Source: an uncultured Rivularia sp.
GTDB taxonomy: Bacteria > Cyanobacteriota > Cyanobacteriia > Cyanobacteriales > Nostocaceae
DNA: 64,000 bases
Assembly (NCBI GenBank): GCA_963665115.1
Contig: OY762007.1
Coordinates: 2,016,001 to 2,080,000, forward strand
Direction: 5' to 3'
A model generated the notes under the pieces. It had not been told where the DNA came from. It saw only the letters and a program-made list of their open reading frames with translations, and did not search any database. The translations under genes and the position numbers were made by a program. Each line of letters begins with the position of its first letter. The first letter of the stretch is position 1. This document shows positions 1 through 10,623 of the stretch, one piece after another.

Positions 1-1260
1 CCGGAAGGGGCACGGGATTTTCTTTTACCAAGTCGCGTGAATGCTGGCGATTGGTTCGCGCTACCCCAGTCACCGCAACTATTCAAGCAAATTCTTATGG
101 TATCGGGTACCGATCGATATTATCAAATTGCCCGCTGCTTCCGCGATGAAGATTTACGCGCTGACAGACAACCGGAATTTACTCAGTTGGATATAGAAAT
201 GAGTTTCATGTCTGTTGAAGAAATTATCGCACTTAATGAAAAGTTGGTCGCTCATATCTTCAAAACTGTTAAAAATATCGATTTACCACCTGCTTTTCCC
301 CGTCTCACCTATGCCGAAGCAATGGAACGCTATGGTAGCGATAAACCCGATACACGCTACGATTTAGAACTAGTTAATGTCTCGGATTTACTCAAAGAGA
401 GCGGTTTCAAGGTATTCCGCGATGCTGTTGCTAAAGGCGGAATTATCAAAATTCTTCCCATCCCCGGCGGCGATGTAATTTCTAATGTCCGTATCAAACC
501 GGGTGGCGATATGTTTAAAGAAGCTAGCGAAGCCGGTGCTAAAGGTTTAGCTTACATTCGCGTCAAAGAAAACGGTGAAATTGATACTATAGGTGCAATC
601 AAAGATAATTTGAGCGACGAACAAAAGCAAGAAATTTTGCAGCGCACTAATGCCAAAGCCGGACATTTATTACTTTTCGCTGCTGCTGATTCTAATACCG
701 TTAATAAAACCTTAGATAGACTGCGCCAGTATGTAGCCAAGGAATTTAAATTAATCCAACCTGATAAAATTAACTTACTCTGGATTACAGATTTCCCGAT
801 GTTTGAATGGAATGCAGATCAAAAACGCCTTGAAGCATTACACCACCCATTCACTGCGCCCCATCCTGATGATTTAGAAGACTTAAAAACCGCACGCGCT
901 CAAGCATACGATTTAGTCTTTAACGGCTTTGAAATTGGTGGTGGCAGCTTGCGGATTTACCAACGAGAAGTTCAAGAACAAGTATTTGAAACAATCGGCT
1001 TATCCACTGATGAAGCGTACAACAAATTCGGCTTTCTTTTAGAAGCTTTTGAATATGGTACTCCTCCTCACGGTGGTATTGCTTATGGTTTGGATAGATT
1101 AGTTATGTTATTAGCAGGAGAAGAATCAATTCGAGATGTAATTGCTTTTCCCAAAACCCAACAAGCAAGTTGCTTATTAACAGATGCACCTTCAGCTGTA
1201 GATACTTCTCAATTGAAAGAGTTGCACGTTGCTTCTACATTCAAGCCCAAATCCAAATAA
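1..1260 (+). CDS. aspS: Aspartate--tRNA ligase, 5' truncated by window edge
   Basis: Frame open from base 1 ([12 protein letters not shown]); [11 protein letters not shown], motif 2 [19 protein letters not shown], motif 3 [12 protein letters not shown]. Confidence 0.97.
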   Translation, partial: PEGARDFLLPSRVNAGDWFALPQSPQLFKQILMVSGTDRYYQIARCFRDEDLRADRQPEFTQLDIEMSFMSVEEIIALNEKLVAHIFKTVKNIDLPPAFPRLTYAEAMERYGSDKPDTRYDLELVNVSDLLKESGFKVFRDAVAKGGIIKILPIPGGDVISNVRIKPGGDMFKEASEAGAKGLAYIRVKENGEIDTIGAIKDNLSDEQKQEILQRTNAKAGHLLLFAAADSNTVNKTLDRLRQYVAKEFKLIQPDKINLLWITDFPMFEWNADQKRLEALHHPFTAPHPDDLEDLKTARAQAYDLVFNGFEIGGGSLRIYQREVQEQVFETIGLSTDEAYNKFGFLLEAFEYGTPPHGGIAYGLDRLVMLLAGEESIRDVIAFPKTQQASCLLTDAPSAVDTSQLKELHVASTFKPKSK

Positions 1261-1311
1261 CTTTTGAGGATATGACGATTATTTAGGATGTATCTGCCAT
1301 TTTGAGCTACT

Positions 1312-1332
1312 CCGCCCTTTATAAAAGGGCGG
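1312..1332 (+). terminator. Hairpin downstream of aspS
   Basis: CCGCCCTTT-ATA-AAAGGGCGG perfect 9-bp stem ~50 nt after stop; U-tract weak. Confidence 0.5.
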
Positions 1333-1785
1333 GTTCAGGCATTTGTTATGCATCCAGATTAACCAAATATATATAAATGATATCTAAGCAACTTGATATT
1401 AGCTTGATAACTGTATTCATTTATAAACAAGATTAATTATTATACACCATATAAAAAATAATTAATGTATTCTAAACATCCTATTTAAATATTGTAATTT
1501 GCAGCCTTTGTCTAATCAGAACTGCTTTTATAATCGTTTATATTCACGAGGATGTTTGTTTTTTGATCAACTGTATACATTTATTCAAAAGTAATTTCTA
1601 TAATATATGTAGCATAAATAAAAGTAATGCATGAGAATATTGTCAGAAAAGCATCCAATACTTAAATCAAAAAACTGACAATTATTGCTTTTATTACTTT
1701 ATCAAGACATAAATCTATCAAAAGTTAGATTTCAAATATTTCTATAGTGCATTGCTTCCTTGAAAGCAAGATTATAAAAATCTAT

Positions 1786-1820
1786 TTGAAACAAATTATC
1801 AAGATACTGTATAATTACTG
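1786..1820 (+). promoter_or_regulatory. Putative sigma70-type promoter, copy 1
   Basis: TTGAAA-N18-TATAAT; the -10 lies in 19-mer AGATACTGTATAATTACTG, repeated at 2618-2636. Confidence 0.5.
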
Positions 1821-2332
1821 ACAAGAATGTAAATAGTTTTCTCAACAGTTAAAAAAAATATGTGTCGCAAGCTTCTTCCAAGACTTGCTATCTGTTGAGA
1901 AGAGTATTTATACGTTTAATGTCAAGATATTATAAAGTTAATATCAAGATATTGTGAAGTACTAAGTAAAGGTATTGTTACCTGGTCGCAAGCATTGTTA
2001 ACATTTCGATATGTAAAAAAAAATACAAAGGGAGGAGCAATTATTTAAGGTCTGCTAAAGTACAGTTGAACATAGTTAATGTTTTGTTAACTCTGATGAG
2101 AGAAATATCGGTTCTCCTCATTATGCTTAAACAGCTTTAATGGTATTCAGACCTAACTATAGTTTTCACTTTGCTTTAAATTAAAATTATGCATTTGAGA
2201 TGATTTACAAAGTTCCAAACTTTGTATGTTTGCATCTTTATTGAAAATTTGATGCGTAATCATTTAGTCAATGTATTTTTGTATTCTTAATTGCATTTTA
2301 AGACAATCAATTTACGTTTTCATTCTTGAGTT

Positions 2333-2418
2333 GGGCTTTGACGGTCTAGTGGATCTCAGTCCCTCTGAAACTGTCTTGTATTAATGCTGTAAGTTGATTA
2401 TTACAGCAGTAATGAGGG
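2333..2418 (+). ncRNA. Structured RNA motif copy 1 (30-nt hairpin plus downstream stem)
   Basis: GGGCTTTGACGGTCTAGTGGATCTCAGTCC is 26/30 identical to 2967-2996; followed by TGCTGTAA/TTACAGCA stem enclosed by CCCTC/GAGGG. Confidence 0.55.
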
Positions 2419-2601
2419 TATGATTTTAAATAGATATCCGTAGTGATGAAATCCAAGCGTAGTATATTTACGATCTCAAATGAAAACGGCAATAAAGAAT
2501 ATTATTAATTGGCATTGCTAAAAGAGATTGAGGCTTATTTGATTTGAAAATATTGCAAAATTGATAATTTATATTTCATGCATTTATCACGAATAAATTG
2601 C

Positions 2602-2636
2602 TTGCAAAGAAATATACAGATACTGTATGATTACTG
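2602..2636 (+). promoter_or_regulatory. Putative sigma70-type promoter, copy 2
   Basis: TTGCAA-N18-TATGAT; 18/19 match to 1802-1820. Confidence 0.5.
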
Positions 2637-2966
2637 TAAATAATTTTTTTTGGGATTATAAAGAAGCACCAAAAAACTAAATTGGTACATACAAAAATTA
2701 GGAAGGGAAGCTTATGTCTTATGACTGAGATTAGGTATAGATTACCATTTTTTGAATACTAATTCAATTGCATTTATCTGTACTATTAATGAAATTGAGA
2801 TGCTTGATTAATTTTAAGATAGGAGCAGTAAAATCTTGAACGGAAGAACAGTTTTAGTTTGGTAAATCCCTCGAGAAGAAGGCACTTAGCAAATAAATAT
2901 CTTAAGCTGCGTTCGGGATAGTCAAATATGACAATCGAAACATTGCATTAATTTTGAGCGGGAATG

Positions 2967-3207
2967 GGGCTTCGATGGTCTAATGGATCTCAGCCCTTTC
3001 GCGAGCCTTTGCTGTATTTTTGCGAGCAGAAAAGGTTGAATAATATCTTCTGTATGGAGTATAAATTATAAAATTGCGTGCATCTGCTTTCCGTCTGAGT
3101 AAAAAGTTAAGTTAGGCGTATTCCTTAACTTAAGTGTAAGAAGCCTGCCTAGTTGGAATTTATTCAAATGCAGCTTCTTTAAAGACGTATAGTTATCGGA
3201 TGAAAGT
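2967..3207 (+). ncRNA. Structured RNA motif copy 2 plus multi-stem leader reaching the start codon
   Basis: GGGCTTCGATGGTCTAATGGATCTCAGCCC hairpin; further stems 3004-3037, 3104-3131, 3138-3179 and enclosing 3086-3098/3196-3207. Confidence 0.55.
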
Positions 3208-3660
3208 ATGTGTATGAAAGATTTTAAATTGCTTAAAAGATGCGATCGCAATCGAAAGCGTTCTAAGAGAAGGGCTATATACTGCCCCGTTCATGGGTGC
3301 TATTTACACAGCGTCAGCCAAAAATATAGATTATTTTCTTCCTGCCCCAGACAACTTCAACAAAAAGGAATAGGACGACAGAATGCCAAAATATTGATAG
3401 CAAGTCAAACCGCAGTAGTTTTAGAAGATGAATGGTTAGAAGCATTTTGGTGCGATGAATGTCAGCAAACAAAATGGTATAGAGTTGAAAAGCTTGGTAA
3501 AAATTCGGACAAAAATGCTGGTCAAACTTCATATTCGATCTCTTTAGCACCAACTCAATTATGGGAACAAGCTATAGGAGTAGATGAAGCCAGAGGTAAT
3601 CCCAGTGTTAGCGAATTTACTCGCAGACATGCACGAATGGCGAGCTATGAAAATCTCTGA
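3208..3660 (+). CDS. Hypothetical protein with Arg-rich N-terminus and putative Zn ligands
   Basis: 150 aa; KRCDRNRKRSKRR, CPVHGC, WCDEC, C-terminal GNPSVSEFTRR; first ORF of the EPS cluster; exact start uncertain. Confidence 0.8.
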   Translation: MCMKDFKLLKRCDRNRKRSKRRAIYCPVHGCYLHSVSQKYRLFSSCPRQLQQKGIGRQNAKILIASQTAVVLEDEWLEAFWCDECQQTKWYRVEKLGKNSDKNAGQTSYSISLAPTQLWEQAIGVDEARGNPSVSEFTRRHARMASYENL

Positions 3661-3860
3661 AAATCGTGCATTAGAATTCACCTAAGAAGTTTGAAGGAAC
3701 AGTTCAAGATTCAAATAAGACAAATATTTTTCATCAGGGTTTAACTTAGTAACTAATTTGATATATGCTAGCTTCATTCAACTTCTTGAATTCTAGGAAC
3801 AGCAGATTAATATAATCTGAAATATTGTTAAATAGGGCATAAGGCATAAGAGGTGTTACT

Positions 3861-5374
3861 TTGAACAGGAATCCGTTTGTAAAGTTAAAAAACGGGAAAA
3901 TAGTTAGCGTTGAACATCCAACAACAGCTTCTTTTAACGAAACCCCAGCTAACACGAAAAAAAGGCAAGTAGTGCCCAAAGTGTCAGGAATATTTTATAT
4001 ACTTACCTTGATATTAGTGAATGCGGGTATTTGGAGTGGAGCTTTAATGTATTTAGCTACAGCCAAACCAAAATATATCAGTGAATGGGCAGTTAACATT
4101 CCTGGTAGTGGTTCAACCTCTAATATCAACCTTCCCGATATTGGACAAGCAACATCCCAAAACTATTCAGCTTATGCCGGAGCAAATTACGATCCTAGAG
4201 AAAACTATAAGGCGATCGCCACCAGCGATCAAGTATTAAAAGCTGCCGCTAGAATCGTGAATATGCCACCAAAAAAGTTTGGCAAGCCGCGAGTTAAAAC
4301 AGTTGACAATACATCCTTAATGAGGTTTGAGCTTAAAGGTTCCAATCCTCAAATAGCAAGAAGAAAATCTATAGCTTTACAGAATACATTTGAAGCTAAA
4401 TTAGAGCAGTTAAGAAACGAAGAAATAGCTCAGCAAAGAGTACGCTTAGAAAATGGGATGGAAGCGTCGCGGCGAAATTTAAAAACTGCTCAAAGACGGC
4501 TTAGTAATTTTAAAGCTGCTTCGGGTTTAAATTCCGAAGAACAACTGAAAAGTATGGCAATTAATATCGAAGAGTTACGCAGACAGCGTAGCGAACTAGC
4601 AGCCCAACAGCAACAGTCCCCCAGGCTCAGGTTTCGGAATTATCCGATAATCTAAGTTTGTCTTCCAACCAAGCTTCCAATGCTTTTGTTTTGCAAGCCG
4701 ATCAACTTTTTCAGAATTATTTGAAAAGTTATAGCGAAGCCAATAGCGATTTAATCAAAGCCAGCGCCAAATTAACTAAGATCCATCCAACGGTTATTAA
4801 CCTCCAAACAGAGCAGCAAGCAGCCCAAATTGCTCTTTTGGACAGAGCGCAAGCCCTTTTGAACCGTCCGATAAGTATGTCGTTAGTTAATAGACTTAAC
4901 TTCAGTAATAATGAATCGTCTGGTTCTAAACGCGCTATTCTGTCAGAGCAATTGGTGACAACAAACGTCGCAAAGCAAGGAATAAAGGCTCAAGTGAATT
5001 CTTTAGACTCACTAATTCCTCAGCTAGAAGATAGGTTAAAAAAATTATCGCAGCAGCAGTCCATCATGGAGGACATAAGACGAGACGTACAGGTTGCCGA
5101 AGCAGTATTTTCATCAACTATTGCAAAATTAGACTTGGCAAAAACCAGCGTTTCTTCTTCTTATCCAGAAATTCAGATTCTTGCCACACCCAGTTTACCA
5201 GAAGAGGCATCCGGACCGAGAACAACCTTGGTTTTGCTAGGTGCAACATTAGGCTCTTTATTCTTTAGTAGTGGAATTATTGGATTATGGAGAGCTAAAC
5301 TGCAACAGCAAAAACAAGAAAAACACCTTCAAGAATATATAGAATACCCGGAATTTGTAGAAGATCATTACTAA
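3861..5374 (+). CDS. GumC/Wzc-like polysaccharide chain-length/export protein, no kinase domain; frameshift at ~4620
   Basis: N- and C-terminal TM helices around a long coiled coil, IQILATPSLP before the last TM; two ORFs join across the C5 run 4618-4622. Confidence 0.85.
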
Positions 5375-5377
5375 AGC

Positions 5378-6638
5378 ATGAAACCCCAAAACTTTGAAGA
5401 AAGTTTAATTTGGTACGTACTTATCGGCACCTATGGTATCTACGCATTAGGATTAGTGTTTCCCGTTTATTCGGCATTGGCATGGGTATTAAGTGGATAT
5501 TTAGTTTTTAAAATTTTGCTGCAAACTAAAAAAACTCCACCCGAAGAAAGAATTCGTATTCCGTGGATAACATGGCTGTGGGGAATTTGTTCGCTAATTA
5601 CTTTAGTGGCAACTTATGCCGGTATTACAGATTTTAATTTGGGAAGAACTGCTCTTTTAAGAGCCATTTTAGGTTGGTTGATGAGTACGGCAGTCATACC
5701 CTTGTTTCTCCTCTGCGGCTGCTTAAATATCAGACCAAAACTTATTTATCGAGCGGTATGTATATTATGCTTGCAAAGTTTAATCGCAATTCCGATTGCT
5801 TATGCAGCCTATGCCGCAAATCTACCAGGTATTCTTTATACATCTCCCATTGAAAGATTGATTCAAAATGGACCGATTTTTTATAACGTCGGATTTTACA
5901 CGTCAGATTATGGCATTGATAACGTTCGTTTGTTTTTGTTTACTCCCTGGTGTCCGGCTTTAGGGTCTTGTTAGCAATGTGTTCTTTTTTATGGTGCTGC
6001 AAGAGTCAAATAAAAAATGGAGATACATTGGCATAGTTGGCGCGATCGCGATGAATATTGTATCCCTTTCACGAGCCGCTGTTGTTTGTCTACCACTAGT
6101 ACTAATTATTATTTGGGGTTTGAAAAACTTTACTAATCCGAAGATGCAAATTGCTGCTGGAATTGCTAGTTTCATTGCCGGGATTTTTAGTACCTCACTG
6201 ACAAATGCTGCTACAGATTTTGTCGATACATTCTACAGTTCGAGAGCCGATTCTTCAAGAGTTCGGGCTGCTTTACAAAGAGTAGGAATAGAGGGTTGGA
6301 AAGAATCTCCTATCTGGGGTCATGGAACTCAAAAACCTGGGCCACCAGTGCTGGCAAATTTACCAATTGGTTCTCATCATACCTGGGTAGGACTCTTGTA
6401 TACGAAAGGATTAGTTGGCTTCATGGCTTTACTAATACCTGTGTTATGGAGTTTTATTGAATTAGTTCTCAAGGCTCGTCATAGTAAACTTGCCGAAACA
6501 TCTTTGAGCATTTTACTTGTACTTCTGATATTCTCTTTTGGAGAACAAATAGATGTTTTAGGGTATATTTGTTGGCCTGGTTTAATAACTATGGGAATTG
6601 CCTTCAAACAAAAATTTTCTCATCCTATTTCCGCTTAG
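5378..6638 (+). CDS. O-antigen ligase/Wzy-like polymerase; frameshift at ~5964
   Basis: Multi-TM; SLSRAA, PIWGHG, GSHHTWVGLLY; removing one G at 5963-5965 fuses the ORFs. Confidence 0.85.
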
Positions 6639-6894
6639 TATTGTTTCCTAAGAAGGTTTACAGCTTGCATCTATCTACTTTTAACGCTCTAAAATAACTC
6701 ACAGATAACCGTATTCTAAATACCGTAGACTCAACAAAAAATAGTATCCCTGTTTGACCGTTAAAAAATATATTTCCATCGGTCATTTTTGACTATTATG
6801 GTTCTTAAGTATTCTCTAATTAAAGTAATAAAATTAAATGCTATCCCGCTCGTTCTACTCAATATTAAATAAATACAGAAATATCTAAAAATAG

Positions 6895-8193
6895 ATGATA
6901 ATTGAAAAGATTAGGCAACAGTTGTCAAACCAATTCATTCGTAATATTGGTTGGCTTGGAGGTGCCGAATTAATAAATCGTGTATTCCGTTTAGGAGCAA
7001 CAGTAGTGCTAGCCCGCGCTCTGAGTCCCCAAGACTACGGATTAGCGGCAGTTGTTTTAACTATAAATGAATTTACAACAGTTTTTACCCTCAGAGCCGG
7101 AATTGGGGGCAAAATTGTTCAAGCTGATGAAGAAGATGTAGAAGTCTTTTGCAATACAGCCTACTGGTTAAATTGGATTTTATGCATTTCATTATTTTTA
7201 ATTCAATGCATTGCGGCTTTTCCTATTGCATGGTTTTATAACGAAGAAAAACTAATATTACCACTTTGCGTATACAGTTTAGTCTACTTAATGTTACCGT
7301 TTTTCGCCGTTCATAATGCATTGATAGATAGAGCCAATAGACTAAAAATCACGGCAATAAGTACGGCAATTCAGTCAATGTTGAATAACATTCTTATTCC
7401 AGCATTGGCGCTTTCGGGTATGGGTATGTGGGCTTTAGTATTACCTGGGCTTTTTACAACTCCAGTATGGATAGTAGTTACCCATCTTAATGAACCTTGG
7501 CGACCTAAAATGTCTTTTACTCTTAAAAGATGGAAAGAAATAGTTTATTTTGGGAAAGACATACTCGGTTATGAATTATTAGAAAAATTCCGGTCAAATA
7601 TTGACTATTTATTAGTGGGAAGAATTCTGGGAGTTGAAGCTTTAGGAATTTACTTTTTTGCATTTAATGCTGGTTTAGGTATCAGTCTAAATGTTATAAA
7701 TATCATGGTTTGGCCGCTTTACCCTCATCTTTGTGCTGCCAGAAATAACTTTGATGAATTTAAACACAAATATTTTCACAGTCTCAAAACCATCGGCTTG
7801 GTGATAATTCCTTTAGTTATTCTTCAGTCGAGTTTAGCTCCATTTTACGTACCGATTGTTTTTGGTGAAAAGTGGACAATGGCTGTGCCCATATTGGTAA
7901 TAATTTGCCTTTCTGCTTTACCCCGCCCTTTCGGTACAGCAGCGGCTTTATTACTACAATCTCTAGATAAAGCTTGGATTAATTTGCGCTGGAGCGTACT
8001 ATTTACTGCAATATTTCTTACTTCATTATTAATTGGTATGAATTGGGGAATTTATGGAGTAGCAGTATCCGTATTAGTTTCTCACGCAATCGCAATGCCA
8101 ATGTTTACCGTTTGGGCAACAAAATTTGTATTCGCCAAGGATTCGGTAGTGTTTAAGCGATCAAAGCGAAAGATCGAGTCTTCTAATCGTTAA
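6895..8193 (+). CDS. wzx: Wzx-type polysaccharide flippase
   Basis: VLARALSPQDYG, IDYLLVGRILGVEALGIY, many TM segments. Confidence 0.9.
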   Translation: MIIEKIRQQLSNQFIRNIGWLGGAELINRVFRLGATVVLARALSPQDYGLAAVVLTINEFTTVFTLRAGIGGKIVQADEEDVEVFCNTAYWLNWILCISLFLIQCIAAFPIAWFYNEEKLILPLCVYSLVYLMLPFFAVHNALIDRANRLKITAISTAIQSMLNNILIPALALSGMGMWALVLPGLFTTPVWIVVTHLNEPWRPKMSFTLKRWKEIVYFGKDILGYELLEKFRSNIDYLLVGRILGVEALGIYFFAFNAGLGISLNVINIMVWPLYPHLCAARNNFDEFKHKYFHSLKTIGLVIIPLVILQSSLAPFYVPIVFGEKWTMAVPILVIICLSALPRPFGTAAALLLQSLDKAWINLRWSVLFTAIFLTSLLIGMNWGIYGVAVSVLVSHAIAMPMFTVWATKFVFAKDSVVFKRSKRKIESSNR

Positions 8194-8309
8194 AATTGTC
8201 CCTATTCCTAACTCTTATCAAAAAAGGAGATAATAACTTGCACTTGCATTTATAATACGAGCGCACATTTTCTGTTGCCTATTCCCAATTTTCTTTCCCA
8301 ATAAAAATC

Positions 8310-9252
8310 ATGAGTTCAGCATTTACAGTAGTTATGCCAGCTTACAACGCTGCTGCATATCTATCACAAACAATCGAATCAGTCTTAAGTCAAACCTTTA
8401 CTAATTTTGAACTAATAATTATCGATGATGGTTCTACAGATGATACTACTGCGATCGCCGATAAGTACCAAAAAATAGATAATAGAGTAAAAGTTTTATG
8501 TCAATCCAACCAAGGAGTATCGGCAACTCGTAATAAAGGAATTAATCTTTCTAAATCCAAATACATTGCTTTTATTGATGCAGATGATAAATGGTTCCCC
8601 GAAAACTTAAAGTTCCATTTTGAGCATTTGGAAAAAAATCCTCATTTAGGTGTTAGCTATGCAAAAGTAGAATTTTTACATCCAGACGGAAACCATACTG
8701 GAAAAATTGCTAGGGGGACGTTTAACCAAACTACAACCTCAGCATTTGTTGTATGAAAATCCCACGATGACAGTATCAAATATCGTGGTTCGTCGGCAAG
8801 TATTTGAGGAAATCGGCTGCTTTGATTGCACCATGAGCTATTCAGAAGATATGGATTTTCTGTTTCGGGTTGCCTGTAGCCCTTGGGAAATTGAAGGAAT
8901 CGACAAAGTATTATTGGGGTATAGAACAACACACGGAGGACTATCGTCGCAGCTTTACAAAATGGAAGAGGGTTGGGAAACTTTGATGAATAAAGCTAGA
9001 GCAAAGGCACCCGAGCTAATCGATCAACATTATAGTAAAGCTAGAAGCAATCATCTGCGATACCTTGCCCGTAGAGCTTTCCGCTTGCGTCTTTCCCCTA
9101 AGATTGGAGTTAATTTTTTAAATCGGGCATTAAGCTCAGATTGGCGATTAGTAATAAGAGAACCAGGGACAACTCTGGTTACAATCGTAGCAGTTTATGG
9201 GGCTCAGATTCTAGAATATGTAAACTTACGTAAATTTTCTCCATCAGTGTAA
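8310..9252 (+). CDS. Glycosyltransferase family 2; frameshift at ~8715
   Basis: VVMPAYN, IIDDGSTD, FIDADD, SEDMD; extra G in run 8713-8717. Confidence 0.88.
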
Positions 9253-9354
9253 AGATTAGATGAAAGTTTTATTTAATTTACATATGTTTGCTAAATAGCA
9301 GATTTCATAAAGTATCATTTATTACTGGAGGCATCTTGTAGAAAATGAACTAAC

Positions 9355-10359
9355 ATGAAAATATGCTATTTGATTCAGACTTATAAGAATCCAGAACAAA
9401 TATACAGACTTGTCAAATTAATTAAGAATACAACTTCCAATTCATTTATAGTTGTTAGTCATAATTTTAATAGCTGTAATTTAAATATCAGCTTATTCAA
9501 AAAACTAAAGAATGTTGAAGTAATTCCTAATAATGGAGTGATGATGGGTAGCTTCGGCATTATCCAAGGTTTTTTTGATGCTATTGGTTGGCTATTAAAT
9601 CAAAAGATTCAATTTGACTGGCTAATTAATTTAACAGGTCAAGATTACCCCACCCAACCTCTTTGCAAAGTTGAAAATCTTTTAGCGAATACAAACTATG
9701 ATGGTTTTGTAGAGTATTATGACGTTTATTCCAAGCAAAGTCCCTGGAGTAAAAAAGTAGTAAATACCAGATATTTATACAGTTATAAACATTTTAAAGA
9801 ATACTTATCGCCTCGGCAAAAGTATATGTTAAGACCGATTAAATATATAGTTAACAATTGCCAGCCTTTTGTTCGACTAGATTATTCTTATGGATTGATA
9901 GTTGGATTTAAAAACTTCTATAAATTCTTCGACAAAGATTTTATTTGCTATGGGGGTTCTTATTTTAGTACAATTTCTCAAAAATGCGCGATTTATCTGT
10001 ATGAGTTTGTTCGAGAAAATACCCAAATTATGGACTATTACAAAAAAACTTTTATTCCGGAAGAGTCTTTATTACAAACCATTTTAGTGAATAGTAAACA
10101 ATTCAAATTGTACAACAATAATTTTCGCTATACTGATTTTGCTAGTAGCCGTCACGGACATCCACGCATACTAACTAGCAAAGATTTCCCGGCGTTAACA
10201 CAAGATAATATTTATTTTGCTCGTAAGTTTGATATGAATGTAGACAGCACAATCTTAGATAAACTCGATCGCAGAACACTTACAGATAAAGTGATTGATA
10301 TACCTCCGACTAAATTTAGAATTGAGGAGAATAATTTCATACAATCAATCAAACAATAA
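9355..10359 (+). CDS. GT14 (core-2/I-branching) glycosyltransferase
   Basis: CYLIQTYKNPEQ, LTGQDYP, GGSYF, PEES..QT, FARKFD. Confidence 0.88.
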   Translation: MKICYLIQTYKNPEQIYRLVKLIKNTTSNSFIVVSHNFNSCNLNISLFKKLKNVEVIPNNGVMMGSFGIIQGFFDAIGWLLNQKIQFDWLINLTGQDYPTQPLCKVENLLANTNYDGFVEYYDVYSKQSPWSKKVVNTRYLYSYKHFKEYLSPRQKYMLRPIKYIVNNCQPFVRLDYSYGLIVGFKNFYKFFDKDFICYGGSYFSTISQKCAIYLYEFVRENTQIMDYYKKTFIPEESLLQTILVNSKQFKLYNNNFRYTDFASSRHGHPRILTSKDFPALTQDNIYFARKFDMNVDSTILDKLDRRTLTDKVIDIPPTKFRIEENNFIQSIKQ

Positions 10360-10394
10360 TATTTGATTTGTCACCGTTAATTATAATTAAAATA

Positions 10395-10425
10395 GCCCCC
10401 TTTATTACGAAGTAATGGGGGTTTT
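10395..10425 (+). terminator. Putative intrinsic terminator inside the EPS cluster
   Basis: GCCCCC-TTT-ATTAC-GAA-GTAAT-GGGGGT followed by T-run, 35 nt after the GT14 stop. Confidence 0.55.
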
Positions 10426-10623
10426 GAAGTCTCTATTCAAAAATCCAGGAATACTTAATTCTTGGGAACATTCCAATTTTGCAAAAAGTCCTCAGATTAT
10501 AAGCGTGGGGTAAAATATTTGTTCAGAATTGGGATACTCGCTAATTATTTTTTAATTATTATCGATGATATTTCCGTTACAATTAGCTATAAAACATTTA
10601 CAACTAATAATGGAAGTAAAAAA

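Noticed and set aside
2333..3040. Known riboswitch (c-di-GMP, glutamine) or ops element in the EPS leader
   Set aside because: I could not match the consensus features by eye and saw no GGCGGTAG; a covariance-model search is needed
10462..10623. N-terminal extensions in the ORF track (also 12960, 17744, 25114, 46502, 62612)
   Set aside because: Downstream ATGs fit paralog or family starts better
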